Assembly: GCA_951406725.2 (NCBI GenBank)
Contig: OX597827.1
Coordinates: 35,402,001-35,466,000 of the forward strand
Source of the DNA: Octopus vulgaris
Lineage: Eukaryota
Length of the DNA stretch: 64,000 nucleotides
Reading direction: 5' to 3'
The position numbers and the translations under genes are program-made. Numbering within the stretch: the first letter of the stretch is position 1; every line of letters starts with the position of its first letter. The notes under the pieces are model-generated. The model saw only the letters and a list, made by a program, of their open reading frames with translations. It had not been told where the DNA came from and ran no database searches. Shown here one piece after another: positions 1-13,373 of the stretch.

Positions 1-264
1 TACAAACACACACACATACGCATACACACACACACATACACACACATATATATGTGTCTATCTCTATATGTATATATGTACATACTACTTTATTAAAGTC
101 GAGAAAACGTTGCAAACAGTTACATTCACGTAACCGTTCAACACAGACTAGTAAAGAATTTTTTTTATATATGTTGTGTCTATATCAGCGTTTATAGATT
201 ACCAAATCAACGAATAAGCATTTAAAGCTTATTGGGCTACTACTTTTAAAATAACAGCATACAA

Positions 265-660
265 TGTGGATTGGTGAAATGCTTAGCGGTATTTCACCTG
301 TCGCTGCGTTCTGAGACCAAATTACGTCGAGGCAGACTTTGCTTTTCATCCTTTCGGGATCGATAAATTAAGTAGCAGTGAAACATTGGGATTGATGTAA
401 TCGCCTTACCCTCTCCCCACAAATTTCAGGCTTTGTGCCTATAGTAGAAAGGATTATTATTATTATCATTATTAAGGTGGCGAGCTGGCAGACTTGTTAG
501 GAAGCCGGGTGAAATGTTAAGCGGCATTTCGTGTGTCTTTACGTTCTGAGGTCGATTTTGCCTTTCATCCTTTGGAGTCGATAAATTACAGGGGTCGATG
601 CAATCGACTAGTCCCCTCCCCCAACATTTCAGATCCTGTGCCTTTAGTAGAAAGGATTAT
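265..660 (+). mobile_element. Two adjacent degenerate copies of tRNA-headed SINE family A
   Basis: Both carry the family motifs gaaatgcttagcggtatttc, ttctgag and gactttgcctttcatcctttcggggtcgataaattaagtacca, with a gtagaaaggattatt tail. Confidence 0.85.
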
Positions 661-890
661 TATAGTTGTTATTGAATGAGAGAGCAAGGGGTACCATCAA
701 AGTATTTGACTGTACTTAAAAGGACGAAAATGTTTTTACAAAATACTAAAAAAATTCCTGGCAGGCAGCATAACGACGTTTACGGGCTATGGTGGATTAT
801 ACCACAATACATCATTATTACGAAACCTCCGTCGATTACGAAATTTATGGACGCAAAAATCCTTTCTTATTATTAGACTCCTTAACCACA

Positions 891-896
891 TTATTA

Positions 897-988
<92 letters not shown>
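891..988. repeat. (TTA)n microsatellite, 3' flank of the Dong/R4-like LINE
   Basis: Near-pure tta tract. Confidence 0.97.
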
Positions 989-991
<3 letters not shown>

Positions 992-2361
992 TAGTTTTAT
1001 TTTTATAGCGTGCTTTCACTTCACTACCGAGCGCAGCTCTGTGTGCCTTGGGTATGTGCTGTGATTTGTTGTGATGCTCTGATGGTTATTGTATGGAAAG
1101 TGTTCTGCGTAGGATGTAGTGCCTAGTAATTTTCTGTATGTTATATGTGTTTGTAAGTCCTGGTGTTCTATGTATTTGTTGAATATTTTTTTATCATGCC
1201 TAATGCACCTACTATGATAGGAATTGTTTCTGTTTTCAGGTTCCACATTCTAGTTATCTATTTCCAGGTCTTTGTATTTTGAGAGTTTCTCCATTTCTTT
1301 TAGAGACACGTTGTCATCTGCCGGTATTGATACATCAATTAGAAAGCATTTTTTTTCTTCATGATCTCTGACAACTATATCTGGTCTGTTGGCCTTAATT
1401 TCTCTATCTGTGTGTATCGGCATATCCCAGAGTATGGTTGCTTTCTCGTTTTCTGTGACCTTTTCTGGTGTGTGCCTATACCATCTTTTTTCTGTTGTTA
1501 TTCCATAATGTTGGCATAGCTTCCAATGTATATAGGTTCCAACTCTGTCATGTCTGTGAATATATTCCTTCTTAGCCAGGACTGGGCAGCTAGAGATAAT
1601 ATGATTTATTGTTTCTTGTCCATCTCCACATATTCTGCAGTTACTTGTAATATTTCTTTTCATTACATGTTTTTGGTAATTTCTGGTGGGGAGGCTTTGG
1701 TCTTGTGCTGCAATTAAAAATCCCTCTGTTTCTGCTTTGAGTCCTGAGCTTCTCAACCATTGCTGGGATTTTTCTTTGTCTATTTCTTTTGCGTTTAGTT
1801 TAGTGCAGTATTTACCATGAAGGGGCTTTTCTTGTCATCGTTTTATCATGGCTCGTTGCTGTTCTATTTTTAGTTTGGATTTCATTTGTTTTATAGCTTT
1901 TGTTGTTTCTTCATCATCTTCTTCTTCTTCTTTGTGTTTATTAGGTGGTATGATTTCTTGTTTGTATTTGTCAGCTTCCTTAAATACTGAGAACAGTTTT
2001 TTGTTTTGCTCGTGTTTTGCTGCTATCTGGATCAGTTTTCCTTCCTTCTGAAGTAGGTATTTTTGCAGTCCTATGGTGGTTATTTTATAGTAGTTTTCCA
2101 GCTGTATAAGGCCTCTACCACCTTCTATACGTTGTATATATAGTCTTTCTATGTCAGATTTTGGGTGATGCATCCTAGATCCTGTCAGTATTTTTCTTGT
2201 TTTCCTATCTATTTTGGACAGTTCATTTCGTGTCCAGTTAAGGATATTGTAGCTGTAACTTATAACTGGGACAGCTAAAGTGTTGATACCTATTATCTTG
2301 CTTTTAGCATTGAGCTCTGTTTTTAGTATTGATCTAACTCGTCTATAATATTCTTTTTTTA

Positions 2362-2366
<5 letters not shown>
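989..2366 (-). mobile_element. 5'-truncated R4/Dong-clade non-LTR retrotransposon (post-RT region, CCHC zinc knuckle, restriction-like endonuclease, 3' UTR); pseudogenised
   Basis: ORFs 1835-2173 and 1250-1756 give MHHPKSDIERLY..GGRGL, CRICGDGQETINHIISSC, RHD and NRPDIV..IDV..K..KY (PD-(D/E)xK). A stop and frameshifts break the frame. (TAA)n lies on both sides. Confidence 0.9.
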
Positions 2367-2426
<60 letters not shown>

Positions 2427-2460
2427 CATCAACATTATTATTATTGTTATCATTATTATT

Positions 2461-2491
<31 letters not shown>

Positions 2492-2524
2492 ACATCATCA
2501 TTATTATTATTATTATTATCATTA
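2367..2524. repeat. Compound (TTA)n/(TCA)n microsatellite
   Basis: Direct reading. Confidence 0.95.
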
Positions 2525-2679
2525 TCGTGCACATGCTCATACAGGCATACATGTCAAGGTGTGCATACGCACTACAAACATTTTCAAAAACAGAAAACTC
2601 TAGTGATAGGATATAAAGATGGTTATAAAGTTATGAAGAAGAAATATAGATGTTATAAAAATAAATTTTCATTATTTAA

Positions 2680-3050
2680 GCGCGGGCATACTGTAAGAAG
2701 TTTGCTTCCCAGCCACATGGTTCCGGGTTCAGTCCCATTACGTATCATTCTGGCCAAGTGTCTTCCATTATAGCTTCGGACCAACAAAGCCTGGTCAATG
2801 GATTTGTTGAACAGAAACTGAAATAGACACATCGCACAAGTATGTGCGCGCGCGCGCACGCGTGTGTGTGTGTGTGCGCGCGCCAGTATTTGATAACTGG
2901 TATTGGTGTGTTTACGTTTCCGTAGGCTAGCGGTTCGGTAAAAGTGTTCGATAGAATAAGTACGAGGCTTAAAAGAATAAGTACTGGGGTCGATTCCTTC
3001 GACTAAAATTGGCCGCAGTCTAATGAATGAAACAAGCAAAAGATAAAAGA
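2680..3050 (+). mobile_element. SINE family B copy (tRNA-like head, CORE-like segment, internal microsatellite)
   Basis: ccacatggttccgggttcagtccc, caagtgtcttc, gcggttcgg..gatagaataagtac, 3' gaaacaag..aaaaga. Confidence 0.8.
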
Positions 3051-3329
3051 TAATATGAAAATAAAATTTAATGAGGTTTGCAAGACATAAGTCTAAAACT
3101 ATTAGTGTGGTGTCTGGGAAAAAAAACACATTAAATGCAATACATAATACGGTAATAAAATCGTAAATAACAAAGTTCGATGCTCTGAAAAAGAAGTGGG
3201 GAAAGGCAAACACACACAATAAAGCGCCAACAAGAACCGAGTTATATATAAAGGAACTGACTTAATTTAAATGAACGCAAATGTCTGGCGTAGCTTATAT
3301 GGGTTATCTTTATGGAATCAATTCGCAAC

Positions 3330-3720
3330 ACAAAAGGAATTTATACGCGTGTCTGCAGAAATTCAAAAGATCCGTTTTGTGGTTCTATGCAGATTTGTTC
3401 TGGAATTGTATAAAGTACTTTTCACTGAAGCACAACGGACATCTCATAGATTTTCTATACGATCCATGCCTGTAAGGGTTAACTTTCTCTAAAACTAGCC
3501 AATATTATCTTACATGGAGCAGAGTCAACTTCTTTTAATTGCTATACGTGATTAGCTAGGATCGTTGCCGATCTGTTCTCAGGATATTTGAAGGAATTTC
3601 TGTGTGAGTAAAACCTTAGTTTGTGTCTGTTTTCTGTGAAACCTGTAGAAATTTTATATGTATTAGCAGGTTCTTTGAAATTTCCTTAGCTCTATTGAAA
3701 ATGTTTATATTGTGCTGGTT
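3330..3720 (-). pseudogene. Degenerate Penelope-like element GIY-YIG C-terminus (lineage distinct from the 44 and 51 kb elements)
   Basis: Minus-strand frames read GFTENRHKLRFYSHRNSFKYPENRSATILANHV*QLK then EKVNPY..RCPLCFSEKYFI..LLNFCRHAYKF. This matches the PLE pattern G.TE..FK.R...H..SF / C.LC..EK / CRH..KF. Confidence 0.7.
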
Positions 3721-3937
3721 GACAAAAAGAGGCGATGTTTTTGCAACAAGAATTGCTAAGCTTTAGAGTTAGCAACTATTCTGTTTACTTATTTTAATTT
3801 CAACTATAGTTTCTAATTCTTAATTTCAATTCTAATTTTAAGCTTATATCTATTATATTCTAATTACTTGCAATTTCTTATTCGTGACATGGTCTTTCTT
3901 ATTCCGTTTCACTCATATCTACGGTATACCTTTTAGA

Positions 3938-4194
<257 letters not shown>

Positions 4195-4744
4195 TTTCCG
4201 TTACGATCAATCCCCACTTTCATCCCACTATACACGGTTATTTTAAAAGTAGTTGCCCAACAAGATTTAAATGCTTATTCGTTGAATGCTTATATACGAA
4301 CAAAATTTATTAAAAACATTTTTTTTTACTAGTCTCTATATCACAACTGTCTAAAGAACGGTTACGTGAAACCGTTTGCAAAGTGTTTTCTGTTTTTTCT
4401 TTTTTGAGGTCTAATAAAATTGCATTTTACCCTACTTTTGATATTCGAATACTATTTTTTGTACCTTGTTTTGCACCTATGTGCTTACTTACATTTGTAT
4501 ACATAATACATACATACATGAATGCATGCATACATTCGCACATACGTACATTTGTACATAGGTACGTACATACATACATACAGTACATACATATATGTGT
4601 GCATGAGTGTGTATGTACATACATAATACACACATATGTACGTACGTACATACATACGTACATACATACATACATACATACATACATACATACATACATA
4701 CATACATACATACGTACGTACATACATACATGCATACATACACG

Positions 4745-5804
4745 CAATGTTTGCGTACATGAGGTTGGTAACATCATAAGACTTGGAAGGCAGCTCCTTG
4801 AGCAACATTCCTTGTCTGATAACCTAGAACACATACCCAAAGAAGTCGCACGACTCTACCACAACGTATCATCAGATGAAAGGATGAGCGTGAATGAGCA
4901 GAAGACCATGCATGGATATATTAGTAGAAAGCTCAGAGATGATAGTAACATTGATTATCTAAGCAGTCTATCATGGACCAACAACCAGATTTACTATCTC
5001 CCACTTAGAAGGGTATGCATTTGCAATCCAGAAACAGGTAATATCAATCAAATACCTGATGCACAGAAGGGACAGGGGTGTAGGAAAAGCAATAAAATGT
5101 GACAACCAAGGCAGACTTTGTGTAGTTAACACCGAAGAGATTCTCTATATTATAAGCAATTGTCTGAAAATGTCATCACAGTATTATCTATCGGTGTGAC
5201 ATTATGTTATAGCTAGGATACTGTATAACGAGATCCGTCTGAAGGATAATCCCGAGGACAAAGAATTAAGAACCCATAGTATGGTGGAAGCCATAGCCAC
5301 GCATTATAAAAGGGAGTACTGGTGGAATATCCCAGTGAAAACCTCAATAAAATGTAAACACAATAGTCCTGATATAATGATTTGGGATAGAGAATAGAAA
5401 CTGTGTACAGTTTTGGAGATCATGTGCCCAGAGAACGTTAACATAAAGTTGACGATCAGTGAAAAAGAGAATACCTACGCTGAACTATTGCGAAATCTGC
5501 AGTTACTTTATCCAGATTACAAGTTCATGTTTATACTTGTAATTGTTGCCTAAATACCAATCTTGAGAAATTAGGCTTCTCAAAACCAGAACGGAGAATG
5601 TTGATTTGAAGACTACAGCTTCCAGCCATCACTGAAACTGTAAAAGTCTGTAAAACTTTCCAGAAGTTTATCATTTGAGCATATATGAGCATGTCTAGAT
5701 ATGCAACAATGTGCATGAGAATACATACATAAAACAAAACATACAAATCTGCACGTATACATAATACGTACATACATACATACATACATACATACATACA
5801 TACA

Positions 5805-5835
<31 letters not shown>

Positions 5836-5945
5836 GTACGTACGTACAAAAATTCCCTGTTGTTGATGTTGAAATTCCAATGAAGGAGCCTTGGATATAG
5901 GCAAGAAAACAAGAAAGCTTGAAATATAACTATATGATAACATAC
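4745..5945 (+). mobile_element. 5'-truncated RLE-type (R4-like) LINE with 3' UTR, bounded by (TACA)n
   Basis: Broken frames give AIQKQVISIKYL, IISNCLKMSSQYY, EYWWNIPVKTSIKCKHNSPDIMIWDRE, TVLEIMCP..EKENTYAELLRNLQLLYP. (CATA)n occurs upstream, inside the 3' UTR and after the end. Confidence 0.8.
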
Positions 5946-6091
5946 ATACACACCAACTCAACGACATATTTACAAACACCAGGAACTCTCTTAACTCAAA
6001 AAGTCTTGTTATTTTGATAGCATCCGGCTTGAACTCTCTTAAGCAGAACTTAAATAAAAGTCAAAGAAAAATCACACATACATACTTCATA

Positions 6092-6240
6092 CATGTATAC
6101 ATACATACATACATACATACATACATACATACATACATACATACATACATACATACATACATACATACATACATACATACATACATACATACATACATAC
6201 ATACATACATACATACATACATACATACATACATACATAC
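6092..6240. repeat. (CATA)n microsatellite, about 36 units
   Basis: Direct reading. Confidence 0.97.
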
Positions 6241-6299
6241 AGAAGACTGTAGGGAATAAAATGTATGACTTAAAGGTTTGGTTTCTGCTTAGTTACATA

Positions 6300-6820
6300 T
6301 CTAGGATTTGGTTATTGTTTTACTTATTGAATTTATTTACCGATACTGTTGTACATGGGGTAAATGTGTTTCAAAGTTGTGGTTTCTTTGGTATGTTTGT
6401 CGAAATCTACTGTAAGGAAGATGACCAACGAACCTGATGACCCATGTTACCCGGCCCCGAGATGTAACTTCAGAATTCTACGGATTCTCCGTTGAGGAGA
6501 CACTGCATACAAACCAACATAATGTACAAACGTGTGTTAGAGACATAATAATTGTATCATATAGGAGTTGCAATGAATCAACGCATATCTGTGCATAAGC
6601 ATTCCTTTTCCAACTTAGAGTTTGGATTCGCAATTCAATAGTAGAGTACATGCACAATCTAGTGGATAGAAATGTTAACTCTAGTTTGAAAAAGCCGGAA
6701 GTGGAAACTGTTCCATTCTATCGAGGTGGGGTAGCGTGCTGTGGACTGTATACTAAAGAGGAGTTGGGGGTTCTGTTAGCAAACACTAGCCATTTGTTAA
6801 ATAACAGAAATTAGCTATGG
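6300..6820 (+). pseudogene. Possible highly degenerate Penelope GIY-YIG remnant
   Basis: Fragments SCG..VCRNLL*G, MNQRISVHKHSF and VPFY..LLN echo the 43906 ORF (KCG..TCPNLLEG, LRRRCTLHRQQI, FPFY..RLN). Confidence 0.35.
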
Positions 6821-6866
6821 ATTTAGTGCATGCGATAGCCTTAATTGCGATAAATATTTTAGTCGT

Positions 6867-6927
<61 letters not shown>

Positions 6928-7069
6928 CACTGCTGCTGCGCAGCATGATACTGTAGCATTAATTACTATAATCTCGTTTTAATTGTGAATACTATGCTAC
7001 ATTGTATATCAGAACACCTTTCTTCGATTATATCCCTGTATAAGCCCCACTTCTATTATCCTGTCAACC

Positions 7070-7113
<44 letters not shown>

Positions 7114-8350
7114 CTCATATCGAAGGAATATCAAGTACTTCCACTGCGCTTATCGACCATTATTACAGGAAGTGAATGATCCTTTAATGCATCAACCAGT
7201 TTCGACTTTGACTATTCCCAGGTCTTCACAACCAGGAACAATGATGTTGGATCCGGATAATATTACAGCTCCCTATTGATTATATACTGTGGATGTTGTA
7301 TATAAAATAAAGGATTTGTTTCTGTATATCTGCAGTATTTTATACTGACTTACATAAACGTTTAGACAATTTACTTTTGTACTTGTTGAAGGTAACAAAT
7401 GTACACAAATGTCTGTCTGGATGCGGTTAGGTCAGTGTGCAGCATGTCTGTTTGTATGTATATATCTTTACTGATGTGTGACTGTGCGCGCGTGTGAATA
7501 CATCCGTGCCTGTGTATGTGCAACAACGCGCGTGAATGTCTATGCATAAGGATATGTGTGTAAGGAGTATGTATACGTGTGACCGAACATCCTGCGCCTG
7601 AGTGATTTACAGACCTGTTCACAAACGCGCTAGATGAAGGCTGTGTCTGCCATGTTAAAACTCGTTAGACTCAAATATCATAAAACCGTGAAAATGGACA
7701 AATCTAGTTTGCTTTCCCACTTTGATATATGTCAGTCACTGTTGTTACTGTGATTGTTGCTATTGTTTCTGCTGCACCTTAATGCAGAATCATTATCACA
7801 CCGGGCAAAATGCTTAGCGGCATTTCTTTCGACGTTACGTTCTGAGTTCAAATGCCACCGGGGTTGACTTTGGCTTTCATACTTTCGAGGTCGATAAAAT
7901 AAGTACCAGTTGAACACTGGGGTCAATGTAATCGACTTCTCCCTTCCCACGAAATTTGAAACCATTATTTCTACTGCAGCGGCCCAAGCTCCGCATACCT
8001 TTCCTCCTTTCTCTCAACTACATATTTGTATGCAGGAGGATGCGTGTGTACGAGAGCGTGTGGGTATGTCCTTAAACGTGTGTGAGGGTAAATATGTCTA
8101 AAGCGCCTTCCCCTCTTATCCTTTTTATTTTTCCACACTTAACACTATCCTATTATCTCACCTCCTGTCACCCTCTGTTTCGATTTACTAACTAACTTAA
8201 ACCATAATATGCATGACTGGGGTATATAAGGGCATGCAACAAACTTAGTAATGCTTTTTTTTGCTTCGAATACCGAGAAGGCATTCCCAGCGGCTTGGGC
8301 TAAAGCACCAGTCAGCTGGCGGAAACATGTTATATACGATTTAAAAATAC

Positions 8351-8577
8351 TTATTTCTTTACTATCCACAAGGGGCTAAACACAGAGAGAGCAAACAAGG
8401 ACAGACAAACGGATTAAGTCGATTATATCGACCCCAGTGCGTAACTGGTACTTACTTTATCGACCCCGAAAGGATGAAAAGCAAAGTCGACCTTGGCGGA
8501 ATTTGAACTCAGAAAGTAACGGCAGACGAAATACCGCTAAGCATTTCGCCCAGCGGTATTTTGTCTGCCGTTTAAAA
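8351..8577 (-). mobile_element. SINE A copy, 5'-truncated with a short inverted piece at its 5' end and a 16-bp TSD
   Basis: TSD tacgatttaaaaatac at 8335-8350 and 8578-8593. Confidence 0.9.
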
Positions 8578-8613
8578 TACGATTTAAAAATACCAATTAT
8601 GTTTACAGCAATT

Positions 8614-8644
<31 letters not shown>

Positions 8645-9550
8645 TCATTTATCTATCGATCTGTCCACCGATCTGTCTACCTGTCCGTCTATCTATTTAT
8701 CTACCAAACTATTTTTATATCTCTATATCCATAAAATTCTTACACGTCCTTAATTTGTTATATCCTTAAACTTTTAAAACTATTTTTCGCCATAAACCTA
8801 TTACATAAGAGTAAATTTCTCTAAACCTTATTCTCCTCTTCTACTATTTTTTATTGTAGTTGATATTGTTTTGTTTTACTTTATTTTCTTTCATCTTCCT
8901 CCTTTACTTCTCCTAACCTGTCCTACACACACACACACACACACACACATACACAGACATAAAGGCGCAGGAGTGACTGTGTGGTAAAAAGTTTGCTTCA
9001 TAGTCACATAATTCCGGGTTCAGTTTCATCACTGCGTGGCACATTGGGCATGTGTCTTATAGTGGATTTGGCGGACGGAAAGAAGCCTGTCATATATGTG
9101 TGTGTGTTTCGTGTGTTTCGTGTGTGTGTGTGTATGTGTGGATGTGTGTGTGTGTGTGTGTGTATGTGTGGGCGTGGAGAGAGAAGGTGAGAGGCAGTTT
9201 ACTGTAAATTGGACCTATTAGTATAAATATCTATATATTTATACATAGAAATTCGTCATCTGAAAGTTTTGCTTTCTCTCTTTTGCATGTATACATATAT
9301 GCATATTTTGTATTTGATGTATTTAACGTATTTAATATATTTGATGTGTCTAATTGGTCAATCCGCATAATTGCTCTCTCTCTCTCTCTCTCTCTCTTTC
9401 CTCTCTCTCTCTCTCTCTCTCTCTCTTGGAATTGTCCTCTGTAAAGTCATCAGAGTATAAGTTTGAATCTTTTGAGCACTACTAAGTATCTTCTATACGG
9501 AGAATTTCTGGACCTCGTCCGTGAACTACATATATATATGTATATATATA

Positions 9551-9591
<41 letters not shown>

Positions 9592-9606
9592 GTGTGTGTG
9601 TATGTA

Positions 9607-9645
<39 letters not shown>

Positions 9646-9878
9646 GCCAACCGTTATCGTTTTCTTTATGTCACGTAAGGTAGCGGTTCGGCAAAACAAA
9701 CCGATAGAAAAAGCACCAGACTTTAAATATAAAAAATGGACTGAATTTGTTCGACTGAATCCTTCAAGCCGGTGCTCCGGCATGGCCTCAGTCCAACGAC
9801 AGAAATATTTATGCAGATAAAAGAAATCAATGCCGCGTAATCAAAATTTACAATTTTATATACCTCCTTTTTTCCTCC

Positions 9879-9949
<71 letters not shown>

Positions 9950-10189
9950 GTTCGTAGCGCATCAATCTGTTTTTATACCAACTATATATATATATATATA
10001 TATATACAAGCAAAACGCCACACGTCCAATGGACAGTGCTGAGTTGTCAAACATTTAAACCAAATTTTCTCAAAACAACTTGTCTAACCGTCCCATAGGC
10101 CTCCCCTTTGAGAAACACTGATTTAACCTAAATTTGAGACACCAGCAAAAGAAAAAAATAAAGATAGACTTTTTTCTATTGCAAGAAAA

Positions 10190-10407
10190 ACGATTTTACT
10201 GATGTACTTGCGCGTACAAATGCACGTTCCCACGGCTTTATCGATCGCATTCTCACCTGCAATCGATTTTTTCAATTTTTTCAATACTTATACACGCCCT
10301 GATACCGTCGGTATCTGCATATCAAATTTTAGTGCAATCGGATGGAGGATGCCCGAGATCCTAGAAGACACACACACAGATAGACAGAACGGATTTTATA
10401 TAATAGA
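10190..10407 (-). mobile_element. 5' end of a non-autonomous Helitron-like element
   Basis: Minus strand begins A|TCTATTATATAAAA..ctgtctatctgtgtgt..ctccatccgattgcactaaaattt, the typical 5' architecture of invertebrate non-autonomous Helitrons. Confidence 0.6.
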
Positions 10408-10976
10408 TGTACATATATATGTATGTATGTATGTATGTATATATGACTATATGTGTGTGTGTGTGTATATACATACATACACACACACACATACACACAC
10501 ATATATATTGATTGGTCAGTTAGCGTGTCTGTCACTCCTCACGCCATCTTACATATAGTTGCCTATTTGCTACACCACATCACACATCTTCGATCTACTT
10601 CGATTTCCTCATCAATAAACAAACACCACCTCACTTTCTGAAGATGTCAGTCTACCCTATTCTCGAACTGTCTGCTTTCTCTCCACACTCTCCTTCCTCC
10701 CCTCTCTCTTTTTCAGTCTCATCGCTCTTTGTTGCATTATTCTCTCTCTCGCTCCCTCTCCATCTCACTCTCTCTTTCCCTCTCCCCTCTTTCTCTCTTT
10801 TTCCTCTTGGCTTCATGTCTTATGCAGTTGTTACTATGGTGATTTTTAACTATCCATGTTACCACTATTTTACCTCCGCAAAACACAACTATCTCCATCA
10901 TGATCATCATTATCATCATCATCAGTATCATCATCATCATGATCATCAACATCATCATGCAGACAGACAGGGAGGT

Positions 10977-10978
<2 letters not shown>

Positions 10979-11069
<91 letters not shown>

Positions 11070-11094
11070 GACAGACAGACAGATAGATAGACAG

Positions 11095-11148
<54 letters not shown>

Positions 11149-11165
11149 ACAGACAGACAGACAGG
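10979..11165. repeat. Compound (TA)n(GA)n(GACA)n(GATA)n microsatellite
   Basis: Direct reading. Confidence 0.95.
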
Positions 11166-11718
11166 CAGATATGGCCGGTGTATCGAGGCGAAAAACATAA
11201 ACACCGGCAAGAAGACGAGTGAACTGGTATTTGTTTCGGAAAAAAACAAACTTTGCTGTAAATGTTTCCTCTGAGTTGCACTGACGGTTCCTTTCCGCTA
11301 ACACATTCATAAATACAATAAACAATTTATCAACAGCATAAATACAATAAACAATTTATAAATAAATATTCTTTTATCTGACAGCATAAGTCTCCAGGTT
11401 GAATCAGTTCTCAAACTGACGGCCGCCATATAATTGTAAAAATATTACGAACATGATTTTTTTTACTTTTTTCTCAAATTTGCTAAATTGTAAAGCATTT
11501 TTGAAAATGTATTGGTTGTGTGGAAGCGCAGAAACGACTGTGTGGTTTGGAAGCTCGTTTTGCAACTAGGTGATTTCGGTTTCAATCTCACTGCGTGGCA
11601 TTTTGAACTGAATGCCTTCTGCTATAGAGCCGGAGCGATTAATGCTTTGTGGGTGAATTTTGATTGACGAAAACTCTGCGGAAGCCTGTCGCAGTCGATT
11701 ATACGTGTATCTTTGTTT

Positions 11719-11950
11719 GGCGGCGAGCTGGCAGAAACGTTATGACGCCGGGCGAAATGCTTAGCCGTATTTCGTCTGTCCTTACGTTCTGAGTTCAAAT
11801 TCCGCCGAGGTCGACTTTGCCTTTCATCCTTTCGGGGTTGATAAATAAAGTACCAGTTTCGCACTGGGGTTGATGTAATCGACTTAATCCGTTTGTCTGT
11901 CCTTGTTTGTCCCCTCTATGTTTAGCCCCTTGTGGGTAGTAAAGAAACAT
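11719..11950 (+). mobile_element. Full-length SINE A (tRNA-like A and B boxes) with TSD
   Basis: ggcggcgagctggcagaaacgtta (A box), gagttcaaattcc (B box); TSD atacgtgtatc at 11701 and 11951. Confidence 0.92.
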
Positions 11951-12369
11951 ATACGTGTATCGTTGTTTATTTCTTTCCCCTTGGGAATCAGTATTGGCTT
12001 GTCTACGTCCCCGTAACCGAGCAGTTTGACATAAGAGACCGATAAAATATATACCAGACGTAAACAAATATCTCAATGACCGAACCAAGTAAAAGATAAG
12101 ACTCAAACATATGCATGAAAGCCACAACATAGTATTTACCGTAAACAAAAGCAAAGGTATATTACCACAAAAATGTATTGGATGCCAATTTTATTAAATT
12201 TTTGGAAAATTATTCTGCTTTTTGTTAATCTAATATTTTAAAAATTATCAGAGACGATATTTGGCTTTTTTCCAAAATGGTTGGCTTTGGTAAAATCTTA
12301 GAAGCCACTGACTTATTTGATACATTGGCACTTTTTATAAGCATCTTTAAAATTTTAATTTATCTTTTA

Positions 12370-12675
12370 TATTTGATTTGTTACAGTTTTCGGCCATGCT
12401 GGAGTGCTACCTTCAAGGGTTTAATCAAACAAATCAACTATAGTACTTACTATTTTTTAAGTTTGGTTGTTATTTTATCGATTTCCTTTGCTGAACTGCC
12501 AGCTTATAGTGACGTATGACGTAAACAAACCAGCACTGGTTGTTAAATGGTGGTGAGGTGAGGGACATTAGCAAACACAAACTCACGCATATATACACGC
12601 ACACATACATAAATGTGTGTGTGCATTACACAAACACACATACACACACATACGCGCACACACAAACTTACTCTG

Positions 12676-12742
<67 letters not shown>

Positions 12743-12757
12743 CTCTCTCTCTGTCTC

Positions 12758-12823
<66 letters not shown>

Positions 12824-12970
12824 ACATTACAGAACGGCTTTCCACACAGTATTCCTCTACCAAATTCATTCACAAAGCATTGGTCGGTCCGGAGCTACAA
12901 TAGAAGGTGCAATGAGACTGAACCTGAAATTACGTGATTGATAAGCGAACTTCTTATCACTCAGCCATGC
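12370..12970 (-). mobile_element. Degenerate SINE B with expanded internal (CA)n/(CT)n
   Basis: cggccatgctggag at the 3' end; ctaccaaattcattcacaaagcattggtcgg in the head region. Confidence 0.7.
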
Positions 12971-13373
12971 ATGCGTCTAGCACAAATTAACCAGTTGTGT
13001 TCCCGATACAATTTATCATTTTTAGTATTCATTTACGTCAGGTATCTGTGCAGTGAATTCAGTATCTTATGGACTACTATCATGATTTATTATACAATTA
13101 CGTTGATTCCATCATTGTCTTTGAGAAATCAATATCCAGTTTCCAATCGCCTTCTGCTAATTTGTTTGATTAGGGGTTTAATAGTTTCGCTGTGAGGTGG
13201 TGGTCGGTTGATAAAATTGACAGAATGATGAACAGTTATTGTGCTTGTATTAGAATGGAATACTTTTACAAGCATGATTATATGATTAAGAAGCTCGCTT
13301 TGCAAACACTTGGTTTCAGTTAGTCCAACAGTGCGGTACTTTAGGCAAGTGTCTTCTACTGTAGCCCAGGATC

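Noticed and set aside
8437-8769. Recurrent ORF MRNWY..RPRKDERQSRP (also 11622, 40279, 57678)
   Set aside because: Antisense reading of SINE A; not a gene family
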